From assembly GCF_003704095.1 (NCBI RefSeq), contig NW_020846609.1:1-64000 (forward strand): 64,000 nt of DNA, read 5' to 3'. Below the pieces are notes generated by a model, which was not told the origin of the DNA, did no database searches, and saw only the letters and a program-made list of their open reading frames with translations. This stretch comes from Pocillopora damicornis. Lineage: Eukaryota. This document shows, piece by piece, positions 61,593 through 64,000 of this stretch. Within the stretch, counting starts at the first letter, position 1; each line of letters starts with the position of its first letter. Made by a program: the position numbers and the translations under genes.

Positions 61593-63474
61593 GCAGCTGT
61601 GAGTTGTTCAAGATGTTTAAAATTACGTACCATGTTTGGAAAATTCAACACAGAAAACCACGACACGTGAACGCGTCTAAATATTTAGTCTTTGAGATCT
61701 GAGTTGTTCGAAGCATGATCACCGCATTTAAACGTTTGAATACCCAGGTGACTTAGGATCAGCGTCAATCGAGTTTCAAATACCTTAGCTTAAGAAGTGC
61801 GTTAAGATTAGTTTGAAAGTTTAAAAAATCGACGGTAATGGGTTAAGTAAAAAGGTGGTTTATTCTTCATTCAACGACCGAGTTGGGAATTCTTATCTAA
61901 ACACACGACGCCTTCGAAAAAGCTGATCTTACCTGTATGCAGTACGCTGTTCCCATGTCCTCTACAGCTCTCTGATCCAAATCCGAGGGTCTGGAAATCA
62001 ATTGCTCGTGGTCGTAAGGACTTAGAATTTTCCCTGTTTTACACTCGTAACAAAACGAATAGCAACTGTTTTTAAACACACAAATTTTTAACTTCTCTGG
62101 CGACTTAAAATTTTCATCCATCGGATATGATTTCTATTTTACTCCAAAGTATGTAATGAATGTTTCTTTAGTTTTCCTTCTTACGTCGCGTTAGCCCCGC
62201 GTTCAGCCTTGACATACAGATTCATGCAATTGAAGCAGGGTACGTGGGACCTGAGGTTCATAACCTTAGTTCCCAGGGATTTCCCCTAATAGCCCGCGGA
62301 ACAAGGTTAGAAGTTCGTAAACCTTTCTTTGCAACATTTTTTTTTTTTTTTTTTTTATATAAGAAAGCAAAATGCTTTCATATTTATAAAACGTGCAATA
62401 GAAGGGAAGGCAATCATTTAAGAGGTGGTTTTGTTCAACAAGCTCAAAGCGTAGTTCCAATATTAAACCAGGATTTACTAAAGTTAATTGAATGTTTTTT
62501 AGCATTAAGTATAATTAAAATGGAACACAAGAAGTAATAATTGAAATGAAGTCTAATGAAAATGTATTGTTGAAGACAGATTAATACTATATGAATAAAA
62601 TTGTCAGCCTGGCCAACTTTATGCACTTGAGCTACCTCCCCTACACACCCTCCCCTCTCCTCGCCTTCACCCTCGTAACTCTACAACTCACCTGGGAGTA
62701 GAAATTAGCCCGAGAGTTGTATCGGGGTAGAGCTGAAAAAATGAGATGGTAAGTGCGCTCGCTATTGCTCCCGCAGAGTTTCTGGTCCAGAGGCCAGAAA
62801 CCTGAGGAGAAGGCATTGTAATTCCTACTTGTACACATAGATATGGAATTGGAAAATAATAAGGCAAGAAAACAAAACATGTTGGTATGATAGGCGAAAC
62901 TATCCCGATTGGAATAAACTAGGCGGTCTAAGTCGTATAAGGTAATTTATTATCATGATCGCAAGTTGTTGTAAGTTTTGCACCAACATTTTTCTGCGCT
63001 TCGCTCCGTTTTATGCCACTCTTAGATTACTTGTATTGATCTCTGTACACTTGTATGCAAAAGTCATTTAACAATACCGGATTGATTTTTCCAATAAAGA
63101 ACTTAATTTGTCAGACACAAACCAGGAAGGAGATCTACAGACTCGATCCATCAATCTTTAAGGTGCAATCAGAGGTCAACAAAAATATAAAGTATTCTTA
63201 ATCATGAAAACCAATCAAGAGAATAAGAAACGTCTCAACAAACTTTAAGGTAGAAGGGACGCGGAAGGCGGTAGAGCCCCTGATAAAGCGACAGAGGAGC
63301 CTGGGTACTGCTCTGGTTTCCAGCTTCCTAACACACAACATCGGATACAAATATGGCAGACACGTGCAACTAGCTTCGTAGTGGTACCATTCCAAGTCTG
63401 TTAGTGTTTTCCAAATTCAGTGCATATATTTGTGGAAAAGAGGACTTTAAATTCTCGACTTGCGACTTTTCATC

Positions 63475-63935
63475 ATGAATACGTCGGCAAAAATTGTAAA
63501 AATTTCTCTCACAGCAATCGAAAAGCGACCTGAAGTTGTTGGGCGTGAAGGTGAGCTTATGAAGAATGTTTGTAAAGTATTGTACGTAGTTGATGTCAGA
63601 GAAACACACTTCTTTCTTCCTTAACGTCACCGAAATTGTAAGAAACAATAAAACAGCCTAAAATTTATCTAGAAAATGATAGCCAAGATCTTTTCAATTC
63701 GGCTTAGTTATGAAATTTTTGTTGTAGACAATGCTCCAAATCTCGAAAGTATCATCAACGCTTCTGTCAAGTCACTTAAGAGTGGTAATGTGATTGCTAT
63801 TCCAACTGATACCATCTATGGGGTAGCAGCCTTGGCGCAGTCCACTGAAGCAGTCACTAAGTTGTATGAAATCAAGAGGCGACATGAAGAGAAGCCAGTT
63901 GCAATATGTGTTGGGAACTTGGAAGATGTATATAA
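63475..63935 (+). CDS. YRDC: Threonylcarbamoyl-AMP synthase (Sua5/YrdC/TsaC), 5' part; gene continues beyond the window
   Basis: Exon 63728-63935 encodes LKSGNVIAIPTDTIYGVAA...LYEIKRRHEEKPVAICV (YrdC PTDTxYG and KxR motifs). Putative first exon 63475-63550 (MNTSAKIVK...VVGRE, GTGAG donor, phase 1) is less certain. Confidence 0.9.
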
Positions 63936-64000
63936 GTAAGATCTACTGATGGACTATCTGTCATTTCCTAAGACCCTGAGCTGCTAAAATGATGCCTTTG

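Overview
Eukaryotic, AT-rich, intron-dense animal DNA. The gene content and repeat families suggest a cnidarian, probably a stony coral (inference). There are three assembly gaps (about 24844-24943, 32017-32329 and 45950-46049). Seven multi-exon genes were assembled by hand from splice signals and reading phase: CEP85/CEP85L-like (-), CEP57/translokin-like (-), mitochondrial presequence protease PITRM1 (+), a secreted short-collagen + coiled-coil + seven-EAR/EPTP-repeat protein (+), an atypical secreted gamma-glutamyltranspeptidase-like protein (-), a HUNK-like Ser/Thr kinase (+) and the 5' part of YRDC (+). Introns and intergenic DNA carry several MITE families and Penelope-type repeats with minimal hammerhead ribozyme motifs. 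Most notable: (1) a collectin-like 'defence collagen' whose head is an EAR beta-propeller instead of a lectin domain; (2) a GGT-fold protein with Ser at the nucleophile position and a ~250-aa acidic, prohormone-like insert in the small subunit; (3) a U12-type AT-AC intron needed to keep the CEP85-like frame; (4) one intact and several decayed hammerhead ribozymes; (5) a candidate six-exon antisense gene interleaved with the kinase.
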